DNA of 64,000 bases from an uncultured Verrucomicrobiae bacterium (GCA_963764165.1 CAVXRD010000001.1:640001-704000); one strand, 5' to 3'; shown: positions 39,538 to 49,313, counted from the stretch's first letter. Notes: generated from the letters alone by a model not told the origin. Made by a program: numbers and translations.

Positions 39538-41045
39538 TGTTCGCCGTCATTTACATTCCCAATTTTCATTTGCAGGCCGTCATGCGCCTGGAGCCGGAAT
39601 TGCGCGGCAAACGCGCCGCCATCCTCGACGACACGATGCGCAAGGCGACCGTGTTTCAATTGACAGAGGAGGCGCAAAAAGCAGGCGTGGAAGTCGGGCT
39701 TACGCCGACCCAGGCCATGGCGCGGTGCCGCGATGTCGCCATCCGCTCCCGCTCGCGCGCGCAGGAACAGGCGGCGACGGAGACGCTTCTGCAATGCGCT
39801 TATTGTTTTTCGCCGCGCATCGAAGCCACCGCCGAGGGCGTTTGCACGCTGGATTTGAAGGGCTTGCCGCAGGACGACGCGCTGCAATCGCATCACCGCG
39901 ACGATATCGAAGATTGGGCAGCGACGATTTTGCGCGCACTCGGCCAGGTGCAATTGGACGCGCGCGTCGGCGTGGCGGAAACACCGTCGCTGGCCTGGAA
40001 AGCGGCGCGGCTCGCGCGGCCGTTTTTGGCGGTGGGGGATTCGGATAGTTTCGTTCGCGATCTTCCGCTGGAAAGTTTGAATCCGCCGAGGGAATTGCTG
40101 GAAGTGATGGAAAAATGGGGTGTGCGCAGTGTCGGCGCGTTTCTCGCGCTGGGAAAGGACAAAATCGCGGAGCGGCTCGGCCCGGAAGCGGTGGAAATAT
40201 TCGATCTCGCCACCTCGCGCGAAGTGCGCCCGCTGAAATTGGTGGTGCCGCCGGAGACATTCGAGGAATCGATGGAGTTTGAGCAGCCCGTGGAATTGAT
40301 CGAGCCGCTGCTGTTTGGACTGCGCCGATTTGTCGAAAGCCTGACGCGCCGTTTGGATTTGATTTATCTCGTCGCTGCCGAGCTGCATTTGCGCCTCAAT
40401 CTCGTTTCCGGCGAGAAATACGAGCGCGCGCTCACCGTCCCCGCCCCGACCTGCGACAACGACATTCTTTTCCGAATGCTCCACACGCATTTGGAAAATG
40501 TGCGGACGGATTCGCCGATTCAAAGCATCCGACTCTCGGCCAAACCGGCGCGGTCATTGAATTATCAATTCGGCCTTTTTGAAGTTTCGCTGCGCGATCC
40601 GAATCAATTTCAAGAAACGCTGGCGCGATTGAATGCGTTGCTGGGACCGAATCGCGTCGGCACTCCGCATGTGGAGGATACGCACCGCCCCGACAGTTTT
40701 CACATGGACACGGAGCGGATCAGCCGCGGGATTTTTGGCGAGAACGAGGAGGAATCGAACGCTCCGCAACCCCTGCCCATCCACGCAGGCGGATTGGCCT
40801 TGCGGCGGTTTCGCCCGCCGTTGTCCGCTGTCGTCGAAGTGCGCGAGTCGCGCCCGGCCATTTTGCGCAGCACGGTTTTCATCGGCGCGATTTCCGAGGC
40901 GCAGGGGCCTTGGCGAATTTCCGGCGATTGGTGGGCCGAGCGCAACTGGGCTCGCGACGAATGGGATGTGCAAACCCGCGACGGCGGACTTTTCCGCCTT
41001 GTGCGGCAGGACGACCAATGGTTCGTGGAAGGCATGTTTGATTGA
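39537..41045 (+). CDS. imuB: ImuB (inactive Y-family polymerase)
   Basis: Y-family fold lacking catalytic motifs; C-terminal GPWRISGDWW...RDEWD...WFVEGMFD. Confidence 0.88.
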   Translation: MFAVIYIPNFHLQAVMRLEPELRGKRAAILDDTMRKATVFQLTEEAQKAGVEVGLTPTQAMARCRDVAIRSRSRAQEQAATETLLQCAYCFSPRIEATAEGVCTLDLKGLPQDDALQSHHRDDIEDWAATILRALGQVQLDARVGVAETPSLAWKAARLARPFLAVGDSDSFVRDLPLESLNPPRELLEVMEKWGVRSVGAFLALGKDKIAERLGPEAVEIFDLATSREVRPLKLVVPPETFEESMEFEQPVELIEPLLFGLRRFVESLTRRLDLIYLVAAELHLRLNLVSGEKYERALTVPAPTCDNDILFRMLHTHLENVRTDSPIQSIRLSAKPARSLNYQFGLFEVSLRDPNQFQETLARLNALLGPNRVGTPHVEDTHRPDSFHMDTERISRGIFGENEEESNAPQPLPIHAGGLALRRFRPPLSAVVEVRESRPAILRSTVFIGAISEAQGPWRISGDWWAERNWARDEWDVQTRDGGLFRLVRQDDQWFVEGMFD

Positions 41046-44000
41046 TGTACGTTGAACTCCACAGCCGCAGCGCGTTTAGTTTTCTCCGGGGCGGATCATT
41101 GCCGGAGCAAATGGCAGTCACCGCCGGCGAATTGAATCTCGGCACGATGGCGCTCTCAGATCGCAACGGTGTTTACGGGCTTCCGCGCTTTTCGGCGGCA
41201 GCCAAGGAAAACGGCGTTCGCCCAATTCTCGGCGCGGAATTGACGATGGAGGATGAAACGGTTCTACCCGTTTTGATTGAGTCGCGCGCGGGCTACCAAA
41301 ATCTCTGCCGCCTCCTGACGAAATCGCATCTGCGCAGTCCGAAGGGTGAGGGGCGAATTCGTTGGAGTGAATTGCCTGAGTTCGCCGGAGGGCTAATGGC
41401 GTTGACCGGCGATGAGGAAGGGCCGTTGATTGCAGCCGTCCGCCATTCGTGGCAACCGGCGAAAATGCGGCGAACAAGTCCGCAGCAAGTTTTGGAAAAG
41501 CTCATTCAAGCGTTTGGCAAGAATCGCGTTTGGGTGGAAATTCAGCGTCACTTTTTGCGCGGCGAAGAGCGCATCAACAAATCTCTCGTTGATCTCGCGG
41601 CCAGCCATCGCCTTCCCTTGCTGGCCACTAATGGCGTCGTTTACGCCAAACCGCGGAGCCGCCAGATTCTCGATGTTTTCACCTGCATTCGCAACCACAC
41701 CCATCTGGACGCGGCGGGCCGATTGTTGACAGCCAACAGCGAGCGCTTTCTCAAAACCGCGCCGGACATGGAGACACTTTTCCGTGATTTGCCGGAAGCC
41801 GTCGCCAACACGGAACGCCTCGCCAACCAGCTTCGCTTTTCGCTGGAGGATTTGGGTTACGAATTTCCCACCTACCCGGTTGGTGCGGGCGAAACGATGG
41901 ATAGTGTGCTCCGCGAACAAACCCTGGCCGGCGCCCGCTGGCGTTATGACGGCGAAATTCCCGACAAAGTCCAAAAACAAATCCGGCACGAATTGGCCAT
42001 CATCGAGAAATTGGGCTTCGCCGGATACTTCCTGATCGTGGCGGACCTTGTGAAGTTTTGCGTCAATAACAATGTCATGGCGCAGGGCCGGGGCAGCGCG
42101 GCCAACAGCACTGTTTGCTTTTGCCTCGGCATCACGGCGGTGGACCCGATCAAATACCACACGCTGTTCGAGCGTTTCCTGAGCGAAGGCCGCAAGGGGT
42201 GGCCGGACATCGACATTGATTTGCCGAGCGGCGACCGGCGCGAAAGCGTCATCCAGGAAGTGTATCGCCGTTACGGAAAACACGGCGCGGCCATGACGGC
42301 CAACGTCATCACCTATCGCGGCCGGAGCGCGGCGCGGGAAATTGGCAAGGCGCTTAATCTTCCTCTTGACGTGCTGGATCGCTTTTCCAATTTGTTCGGC
42401 AACGGCGACTATCCGCATTCCGTCGCGCTGCCGGAGCAGATGGCGCAGGCCGGATTGCCGGGCGAGCATCCGCGCGCGCCCGCCTTCGCTTCGCTTTATG
42501 CGCAGATGTATTCGCTGCCGCGCCATCTCGGGCAGCACTCGGGCGGCATGATTATTTGCCAGGGAAAACTCGACGCCGTTGTCGCGCTCGAAAATGCCTC
42601 CATGCCCGGCCGCGTCGTCGCGCAATGGGACAAGGACGATTGCGAAGACCTCGGCATCATCAAGGTCGATTTGCTTGGCCTCGGCATGATGTCGCTTTTG
42701 CAGGACGCCATCGAGATGACACGCCAGCGCGGGCATCCGGTGGATTTGGCGCGGATTCCAAACGACGATCCGGCCACCTACAAAATGATGCAGGAGGCGG
42801 ATACCATCGGCGTGTTTCAAATCGAAAGCCGCGCCCAAATGGCGACGCTGCCGCGCATGAAGCCCAATTGTTTTTACGACGTGGTAGTGGAAGTGGCGAT
42901 CATCCGCCCCGGCCCGATCCAGGGAAAAATGGTGCATCCCTATCTTAACCGCCGCGCCGGGCGCGAGCCGGTCGTTTATTATGACGAACGTTTGCGTCCA
43001 GTGCTGGGGCGCACGCTTGGCATCCCGCTGTTTCAGGAGCAATTGCTGGAAATCGCGATGGTCATGGCGGATTTTTCCGGGAGCGAGGCAGAAGAATTGC
43101 GCCGCGCGCTCAGCTTCCATCGCTCGGAAGAGCGCATGAATCGCGTGGCTATCCGGCTTCGCGCCAACATGGAAAAAAAGGGAGTCGCGCCGGAAGTCAT
43201 TGAGCAGATTTCGTCGGCCATCAAGTCGTTTGCCCTCTATAGTTTTCCGGAATCGCATGCGATCAGTTTTGCCATTCTCGCCTATGCCAGCGCGTGGATG
43301 AAAACGCATCGCGCGCCCGAATTCTACGCCGCGCTGTTGAACAACCAGCCGATGGGGTTTTATTCCGCCGCCACCATCGTCAAGGATGCGAAGCGCCACG
43401 GCGTTAAAATCCGGCCGGTCAGCATCGAACATTCCGACTGGCTTTGCACCATTGAGGCGGATGACGCGGTGCGGCTCGGCTTCTGCGTGGTAGGCGGATT
43501 GGGGCAGGAACTTGGTGAGCGCGTCGTGGGCGAGCGCAAGCGCGAGATTTTTTCCTCGATGGAAAATTTCAAGCGGCGGACGCGCCTTGGAAAATCGGAA
43601 TTGCGCGTGCTGGCGGAAATCGGCGCGCTCAACGGCCTGGCCAGGCATCGGCGCGACGCTTTGTGGAAAGTGGAGGCAATGCCCGCGGAGGACGACCTGT
43701 TCACGCTGGCCGAAGCGAAGCGGCAAGAAGAACCTTCGCCCTTGCTGCCGATGAACGCCATGGAGCGCCTGCGTGCCGATTACCGAGGAATGCATTTGAC
43801 AACCGGCCCGCATCCGATGACGCTGATTCGCGACCGTCTGGAGGGAGTTTCGCGCGCGGCGGATTTGCCGAAAATCCCCCACAATCAATTGGTGCGCATT
43901 GCCGGCGCGGTCATTTGCCGCCAGCGCCCCGGCACGGCCAAGGGATTCGTCTTCATCAGCCTCGAGGATGAAACCGGCGTCAGCAACGCCATCGTGACGC

Positions 44001-44164
44001 CGCAGCTCTTTGAAAAAATGCGGCTGACGATCACGCAAGAGCCGTTCCTCACCATCGAAGGCCCTGTGCAAAATACGGACAACGTGGTGGTGGTCAAAGC
44101 CCGCCGCATCGAGCGCCTTTTTGAGCCGCAATTGGTGACGGGGGCATCGCACGATTTTCACTAA
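41045..44164 (+). CDS. dnaE2: Error-prone DNA polymerase DnaE2 (ImuC)
   Basis: YVELHSRSAFSFLRG, GRGSAANS, PDIDID, QWDKDD, C-terminal SHDFH. Confidence 0.95.
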   Translation: MYVELHSRSAFSFLRGGSLPEQMAVTAGELNLGTMALSDRNGVYGLPRFSAAAKENGVRPILGAELTMEDETVLPVLIESRAGYQNLCRLLTKSHLRSPKGEGRIRWSELPEFAGGLMALTGDEEGPLIAAVRHSWQPAKMRRTSPQQVLEKLIQAFGKNRVWVEIQRHFLRGEERINKSLVDLAASHRLPLLATNGVVYAKPRSRQILDVFTCIRNHTHLDAAGRLLTANSERFLKTAPDMETLFRDLPEAVANTERLANQLRFSLEDLGYEFPTYPVGAGETMDSVLREQTLAGARWRYDGEIPDKVQKQIRHELAIIEKLGFAGYFLIVADLVKFCVNNNVMAQGRGSAANSTVCFCLGITAVDPIKYHTLFERFLSEGRKGWPDIDIDLPSGDRRESVIQEVYRRYGKHGAAMTANVITYRGRSAAREIGKALNLPLDVLDRFSNLFGNGDYPHSVALPEQMAQAGLPGEHPRAPAFASLYAQMYSLPRHLGQHSGGMIICQGKLDAVVALENASMPGRVVAQWDKDDCEDLGIIKVDLLGLGMMSLLQDAIEMTRQRGHPVDLARIPNDDPATYKMMQEADTIGVFQIESRAQMATLPRMKPNCFYDVVVEVAIIRPGPIQGKMVHPYLNRRAGREPVVYYDERLRPVLGRTLGIPLFQEQLLEIAMVMADFSGSEAEELRRALSFHRSEERMNRVAIRLRANMEKKGVAPEVIEQISSAIKSFALYSFPESHAISFAILAYASAWMKTHRAPEFYAALLNNQPMGFYSAATIVKDAKRHGVKIRPVSIEHSDWLCTIEADDAVRLGFCVVGGLGQELGERVVGERKREIFSSMENFKRRTRLGKSELRVLAEIGALNGLARHRRDALWKVEAMPAEDDLFTLAEAKRQEEPSPLLPMNAMERLRADYRGMHLTTGPHPMTLIRDRLEGVSRAADLPKIPHNQLVRIAGAVICRQRPGTAKGFVFISLEDETGVSNAIVTPQLFEKMRLTITQEPFLTIEGPVQNTDNVVVVKARRIERLFEPQLVTGASHDFH

Positions 44165-44187
44165 CAGTCCCGTGAAAAGCGAAACGC

Positions 44188-44300
44188 GGTAGGGCGAGGC
44201 TCCTGCCGAGCCGTCCCATGATTCCTGGTCATCGCATAAAAATGGGACTTATAGGACATATAAGACCTATGAAACGCCTCGGCAGGAGCCTCGCCCTACC
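44188..44300. repeat. Family-B REPIN
   Basis: GGTAGGGCGAGGCTCCTGCCGAG ... CTCGGCAGGAGCCTCGCCCTACC, with an internal 9-mer array. Confidence 0.88.
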
Positions 44301-44324
44301 ATGCGGATGGGTTTAAGCGCAGTT

Positions 44325-45416
44325 TTACTTCTTCTCATCCGGCAGAGGAAGCAACTGAGGAATGCGATCCTTGAACGGCGGAATGGCGGGGCCTTCGCCT
44401 TCGGCTTTGTCAACGTAATAGTAACCCACCGTAGTGTAGGAATTTCGGAGCGGTTTGCGGTCTTCATCCCAGCCGCCGCGTCCGTGTTCCAGTGTAAACA
44501 ATAAACTTTTCTTGAACGGCACTGGGTCCTGGATGTGCCAGCGGTAGCAGGTGTTCAGGATGCCGCGTTTTTCGCCGCCTTTGCTGGCGTTGTCATAAAA
44601 CGGCACGCCAAAATACGGCGTCCAAAATGCCTTGCCAAAATCCCATGCGCCGCAGAAATAATCTTCGCTTCCCGTGCCGCTGATGGACGGTTTCTTCGCG
44701 CCATCGACATACCAGTAATCGTTCCCCTCGCCCCACCAGCCATCGCTGTTGGCAAGAACGGAAATGAACGTGCCAACATAATGCCCTGCCCCGGTGCTTT
44801 CACAAATCGTCAGCGGCTCGCCTTTGGGCGCAGGAAAATAGGTTCGGTATTGCGTATGGAAGTAGCGGACATCCTTTTGCGCACGTTCGTCGAGGCGGTA
44901 GTCGATGTTGTAGTAATAGCTGTCCACCGCTTTTTCGCCTTCGTTGGAGACAGTCAGCACAGCGTGTTTTTTGAACGGCATCGGCCAATAGCAATTCAGC
45001 GCCATCCGCGAACCGACACTTACCGCTGCGCTCTGAAATTCCACATATTTGCCGTGGCCTTGGGCAAAGAAATCGCCGACCGGGCATTCGACAGCGGGCT
45101 TGCTCGCGTCGTCCCAGGTCATGCGCAAAACCAATTCGCGCAGATGTTCGTGCGATGGCGAGGCAATTGTAAACCAGATATGCTCGATGCGTCCGTTGCC
45201 GGTGATGTCCGCCAGCGTGTATGTCTGCCCCGGCTCGATGCGGCGGGCGTCGCCGTTGCGTCCGTTGGGATCGGTGCTGGAAGCGCGGCCAGCGGTGAAT
45301 TCCTTTTTCGCGGCGAGATCAGCCGGGAGCTGGGCGAACGCGACCTGCGGCGCCAGCGAAGCAAAAGCGGCCACGCCCAATAAACCCGCGGTAACTGACT
45401 TCAACGAGGTAATCAT
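44325..45416 (-). CDS. DUF2961 (GH172-like) secreted protein
   Basis: Signal peptide; HIWFT, PVGDFF, NCYWPMPF, WWGEG, GTGSEDYF, YRWHIQDP. Confidence 0.88.
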   Translation of the reverse strand: MITSLKSVTAGLLGVAAFASLAPQVAFAQLPADLAAKKEFTAGRASSTDPNGRNGDARRIEPGQTYTLADITGNGRIEHIWFTIASPSHEHLRELVLRMTWDDASKPAVECPVGDFFAQGHGKYVEFQSAAVSVGSRMALNCYWPMPFKKHAVLTVSNEGEKAVDSYYYNIDYRLDERAQKDVRYFHTQYRTYFPAPKGEPLTICESTGAGHYVGTFISVLANSDGWWGEGNDYWYVDGAKKPSISGTGSEDYFCGAWDFGKAFWTPYFGVPFYDNASKGGEKRGILNTCYRWHIQDPVPFKKSLLFTLEHGRGGWDEDRKPLRNSYTTVGYYYVDKAEGEGPAIPPFKDRIPQLLPLPDEKK

Positions 45417-45498
45417 GCCCGCACCATATAGCGGGCGAGAAAACGGAGTCAAGCTCAGGGCTGTTCAAAGGCAGCAACGCCGCGCTTCGCGACAACAA

Positions 45499-46146
45499 TC
45501 ACCGCGGCTTGATTTCGCCGGAGCCGGTGATTCGCTTTTGCACGTTGGGCGGATTTCCTGAGTAGCGCACCGAGCCGGAGCCGGTGATGCTGGCGTCCAC
45601 AGTTTCCGAGGCGTTCACGAGGGCGCGTCCAGAGCCGGTCACACCCACCGAAACGGTCTTTGTTGCAAGCTCCATCGCCTTGATTTCACCGGAACCTGTG
45701 ATTTGTCCGTCAAGAAGATCGGCGGAGCCTTTCAAAACGATGCTCCCGGAGCCTGTCACGCTGGCGGTAAATTTCTTGGCGCTCACTCCATCCGCATGGA
45801 TTTCGCTGGAACCAGTGACAGACGCGCCATCGAGCTTCGGCACCGTAATTTTCAACTTCACCCCGATGCTCGTGCTGTAGGATTCCTTCGAGCCAATGTT
45901 GAGCGTGTCGCCGTCAACTTTGGTTTCGATGATCGGCAGCAGATTGTCGTCCGCCGTGATGGTCAGCGACACCGGGGCACCAACCGCAATTTCCACTTCA
46001 GGCGAACCGGTCACGTTGATTTTGGAAAATGCGCCGACCGTTCGCGTTTCCGTTTTGGCGACGCCGGAACCGTGAATGGATTTGAAATCGCAGCCGCAAA
46101 GACCTGCCAGCGCGACGCACAAAATGGGAAGGCATATTGTCTTCAT
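45499..46146 (-). CDS. DUF2807 (head GIN) lipoprotein
   Basis: Lipobox-like LCGC; ADDNLLP; repeated TGSG units. Confidence 0.85.
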   Translation of the reverse strand: MKTICLPILCVALAGLCGCDFKSIHGSGVAKTETRTVGAFSKINVTGSPEVEIAVGAPVSLTITADDNLLPIIETKVDGDTLNIGSKESYSTSIGVKLKITVPKLDGASVTGSSEIHADGVSAKKFTASVTGSGSIVLKGSADLLDGQITGSGEIKAMELATKTVSVGVTGSGRALVNASETVDASITGSGSVRYSGNPPNVQKRITGSGEIKPR

Positions 46147-46188
46147 GGGAGTACTACACAGCAGCATCAATAAAGTTTCAACAGTTCC

Positions 46189-47160
46189 TCATGCGCCGCA
46201 AAGCCTGTCAACCAAAAGGTTCTTAAAACCGTCCATGTTCGTCCAGGTGGCTGCCACGTTGATTTGCTTCGCCTGCGGGTCGATGACAGTCATGCCATCG
46301 TCCGTCACGCGGATGCCAAGGCGTTCCATCCGGCAAAAATCCCGCGCCACCGCCAGATAGACGGCAACCGTATCGAAGAGCGTGGTGGAGCCTTTCGATG
46401 AATCCATGTCTGCCTTTCCCGCGCTCCAAAGCCGGTAGTTCGCGATCACGCTTGCGGCGACAGGGTCGCGGGACTGGAGCAGGCGCTGATAACGCGGGCC
46501 GTCGAGCGAGATAATGCCGCAGGTGTCGAGCGGAGTGATCGTCATTTCCCAAGGCGCGGTGAAACATTCCCGGGCGGCGGCAACATCGGCCTTCACATTC
46601 CATTCCGCCCCGGGAATCTTGGAGCCGCCGTAGCCAAGCCGCACGCTGCCGTCCATGCCAACAATGCGGGCACGGGTGGCGATGCGAGGCTCCCGCTTCA
46701 GCGCGGCGGCGACATTGGCCATCGGGCCGATGGCGATCACGGTTACCGGTTCAGGCGAATTCATGATGACGTCGACAATGGCGCCGATGCCGTCCGCGTG
46801 AACCTTACCCGGATAAGCCTTCAGATCGTAATCGTTGACCCACTTCAGCAAATCTCCGGCGCCGCGCGGTTCGACATCCGGGCCAACCGCTATGGGGATA
46901 TTGCCATGACCGGTTGTTTGCAGAAATTTCGCCAGCAGCTTTGCGCGATAGTTCGGCTTGCCGTATTCCGTCGCCACAAGTTTCAAATTCAGCTCCGGGC
47001 ATTTGAGCAGGAAGCCGAGCGCCCATGTGTCGTCGATGTCGTCGCCGATATCCGTGGCAAGGATGACCGGCGTGGGGAGCCCCGACGGCTCGGCCAGGGC
47101 GCTAAGGCTGGCAAAGGCGAGTGTTGAGGTCTGAATAAAGGTGCGGCGATTGATTTTCAT
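46189..47160 (-). CDS. Nucleoside hydrolase-family protein with Tat signal
   Basis: NRRTFI; TDIGDDIDD, IGPMANV, AEWNV, TLFD. Confidence 0.85.
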   Translation of the reverse strand: MKINRRTFIQTSTLAFASLSALAEPSGLPTPVILATDIGDDIDDTWALGFLLKCPELNLKLVATEYGKPNYRAKLLAKFLQTTGHGNIPIAVGPDVEPRGAGDLLKWVNDYDLKAYPGKVHADGIGAIVDVIMNSPEPVTVIAIGPMANVAAALKREPRIATRARIVGMDGSVRLGYGGSKIPGAEWNVKADVAAARECFTAPWEMTITPLDTCGIISLDGPRYQRLLQSRDPVAASVIANYRLWSAGKADMDSSKGSTTLFDTVAVYLAVARDFCRMERLGIRVTDDGMTVIDPQAKQINVAATWTNMDGFKNLLVDRLCGA

Positions 47161-48665
47161 GCGGCGACTGACCGCCATTCAAGCACCAGGCAGCCACCGG
47201 CAACAAGCTCAATATCCAGTTCGTGAACTTGCCCGGCACCCCTCTCCTCGCTGGGCGGGGCGAGGGAATTGATGAGACGTGTTTCGGCCCTCGATCGCAG
47301 CAAATTGAAATGCGCCTCACGCGTTCGCCAACTGGAGCTGCCACCTGAGTAAATAGTGTTGACGCTGCTCGCCGGGGCCAGAAAGGGCAGCGTGAAAGCC
47401 TGCTTCTCTCTGGACAAATTTGTCACGACGAGATGCTCCAGCGCATTTCCGCCGCTCCATTTTACGGCGAAACAGGAATCAATTCCTGTTTCGCAAAACT
47501 CGGGAACTCCTTGTCCGATAAGCGTCTTGGACAGGCGCCGGATCAGATCGCGATAAAACGCCGCCATCTCCAAATCTTCCGTTTCCGGCCAATAGGAATT
47601 GAACTGCACTGGCGCGCGGTGCTTTCGTCCCGCCAATTGTCCGTCATGCAACAAACGCAGACCAGGTTGCGCGAGCAATAACACCGCCGCTGCCCGTCCC
47701 TCCTCCGATGTCAGCAGGGCAGCTATGGGCGCTTCGTCGTGATTCGCGAGAAAGCGCGCCGGACGAAAACTTTCCGCAACCTTGCGCACATGCTTTTGCA
47801 AGGCGCTGAATTTTCGCTCGACCAACTCGTCGAGAAATTTTTTGTCGTAGCAATAATTGAAGCCCAATTTTTCCAATCGCGGTTCGGTGTCCCAATAGGC
47901 CTCCGCGAGGAACAGAAAATCCGGCTGGCGTTGCCGAACTTCAGAGATGGCGTCCTCCCAGAATTCAGTCGAGGGCGTTTCCCCGGCGGCAGGAAAATCC
48001 GCCCATGTCTTGGCGAAAATGTCGTTCAGCAAGAGCATCGCCATGTCGCACCGAACGCCATCGCATTGCGCGGCGACGGATTGGAGAACATCCGTCATCG
48101 CCCGGCGGGTGGCCTCGTTTCGGTAATCCAACTGCGCTGTATCAATCCACGGCGGGAAGAATGGATCCTTTCCATGCGCGACCCAATGGGCGCCGAGGTG
48201 GAACGTCCCCGCCTTTTCGACAGGACTGCGTACGAACAATTCGCTTCGCTGCTCAAGCCAAGGATGATCGACGCCGAGGTGGTTCGGGACGAAATCGAGG
48301 ATCAATTGCAAGCCATGTCGATTTAGAAGGGACCGGAATTCGCGCAGTCCGCTCGCTCCGCCGAGCAATTCCGCGACGGAATATTCCGCAATGGCATAGG
48401 GCGAGGCAGCCAATCTTTGCGGGCCGTTTTCCCCGAAGGCGTCAATGCTCAACTTGCGGAAGCCTGGCTGGCTGCGGGCAATCTCCAAAGTTTTCGGACC
48501 CGTCGTCCAAACTCCCATTAGCCAAATGTGCGAAAAACCCAAATCCTTCCAATCGCGGACAATCGACTCAGGAACGCGATCCAGCGTGACCAAGTTTTGC
48601 GAGCCCCCAGCCAGCTCCCGCAGCCAACAGCGCGTGTTAATTTCCAAAACGAGCGGATGAGCCAT
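47157..48665 (-). CDS. Alpha-amylase family (GH13) glycoside hydrolase
   Basis: LDFVPNH, GVRCDMA, FLAEAY, FLANHDE. Confidence 0.88.
   Translation of the reverse strand: MAHPLVLEINTRCWLRELAGGSQNLVTLDRVPESIVRDWKDLGFSHIWLMGVWTTGPKTLEIARSQPGFRKLSIDAFGENGPQRLAASPYAIAEYSVAELLGGASGLREFRSLLNRHGLQLILDFVPNHLGVDHPWLEQRSELFVRSPVEKAGTFHLGAHWVAHGKDPFFPPWIDTAQLDYRNEATRRAMTDVLQSVAAQCDGVRCDMAMLLLNDIFAKTWADFPAAGETPSTEFWEDAISEVRQRQPDFLFLAEAYWDTEPRLEKLGFNYCYDKKFLDELVERKFSALQKHVRKVAESFRPARFLANHDEAPIAALLTSEEGRAAAVLLLAQPGLRLLHDGQLAGRKHRAPVQFNSYWPETEDLEMAAFYRDLIRRLSKTLIGQGVPEFCETGIDSCFAVKWSGGNALEHLVVTNLSREKQAFTLPFLAPASSVNTIYSGGSSSWRTREAHFNLLRSRAETRLINSLAPPSEERGAGQVHELDIELVAGGCLVLEWRSVAA
47239..47316 (-). repeat. 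Family-E dispersed repeat inside the GH13 CDS
   Basis: Reverse complement matches the blocks and spacing of 35400-35475. Confidence 0.65.
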
Positions 48666-48684
48666 TAATGCAAGTCTCCTCAAA

Positions 48685-48861
48685 AGGTAGACGCCTCACC
48701 GGGATTGTCTCAAAACTCCAAAATCCTCAAAGTGTGTCAATACCACGACTCTCTCATTTGCGATAGGGCGCATTTCTATTTTCGGCGAGGGTGTTTTTGT
48801 GGTGCTTTTTAAAGCCGCTTTTGAGTTTTGAGACACTCTCCACCGAGGCGTCCGGTTGCGT
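48685..48861. repeat. Family-A REP arm split by a MITE
   Basis: AGGTAGACGCCTCACC [MITE] CACCGAGGCGTCCGGTTGCGT. Confidence 0.85.
48701..48840. mobile_element. 140-bp MITE with IS1182-like ends and CACC target duplication
   Basis: GGGATTGTCTCAAAACTC / GAGTTTTGAGACACTCTC (16/18 match); CACC at 48697-48700 and 48841-48844; no ORF. Confidence 0.9.
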
Positions 48862-48911
48862 ATGAAAATGTTCGCGGCTTTCGGCGTAATTAACGTCCCG
48901 ACCCGGACCTC

Positions 48912-49313
48912 TTAGCTATTGAGCAGCTTCATCGCCTTTTTGGCGTCGGAAACGCGGAGAATGAGCAAGCCCTTCTTGGCATCCGGCGGCGTGGCGGAAT
49001 AGGCGTATTCGATGTTGACCTTGCCAGCGGCCAAGTGCTGCGCGACTTTTGCCAGCGAGCCCGGTTTGTTGTCGGCCGTGAGCATCAGCACGTCATCCTC
49101 CACCACCAGCGTCCCGTGCTCCTCAAAGACAAAGAGCGCCTTGACCGGATCGCTGACGACCATGCGCACGACGATGTGATCGACGGTGTCGCTGGTGGAG
49201 AGTGCGTAAATGTTGATCTTGGCCGCGCTGAGAGCCTCGCAGATTCGCGCGAGCATGCCCGGCCGATTCTCGAGGAAGAGAGCCAACTGCTTTGTTATTT
49301 GCATAATTTCCAT
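48912..49313 (-). CDS. Tandem ACT-domain protein
   Basis: FLENRPGMLA...INI and DNKPGSLA...VNIEYAY. Confidence 0.88.
   Translation of the reverse strand: MEIMQITKQLALFLENRPGMLARICEALSAAKINIYALSTSDTVDHIVVRMVVSDPVKALFVFEEHGTLVVEDDVLMLTADNKPGSLAKVAQHLAAGKVNIEYAYSATPPDAKKGLLILRVSDAKKAMKLLNS

Noticed and set aside
41393..44161. 922-aa ORF antisense to dnaE2 (similarly 7730-9295, 23348-24691, 38826-40523)
   Set aside because: Shadow ORFs from GC-rich codon bias opposite well-supported genes; no recognisable motifs
4515..44164. Apparent clustering of DNA-repair genes (recN, recG, fpg, tag, imuABC)
   Set aside because: Scattered among unrelated genes on different strands; no shared operon or motif seen
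48712..48740. Outward-facing TTGACA in the MITE as a promoter for the amylase gene
   Set aside because: No credible -10 hexamer at 16-18 bp spacing
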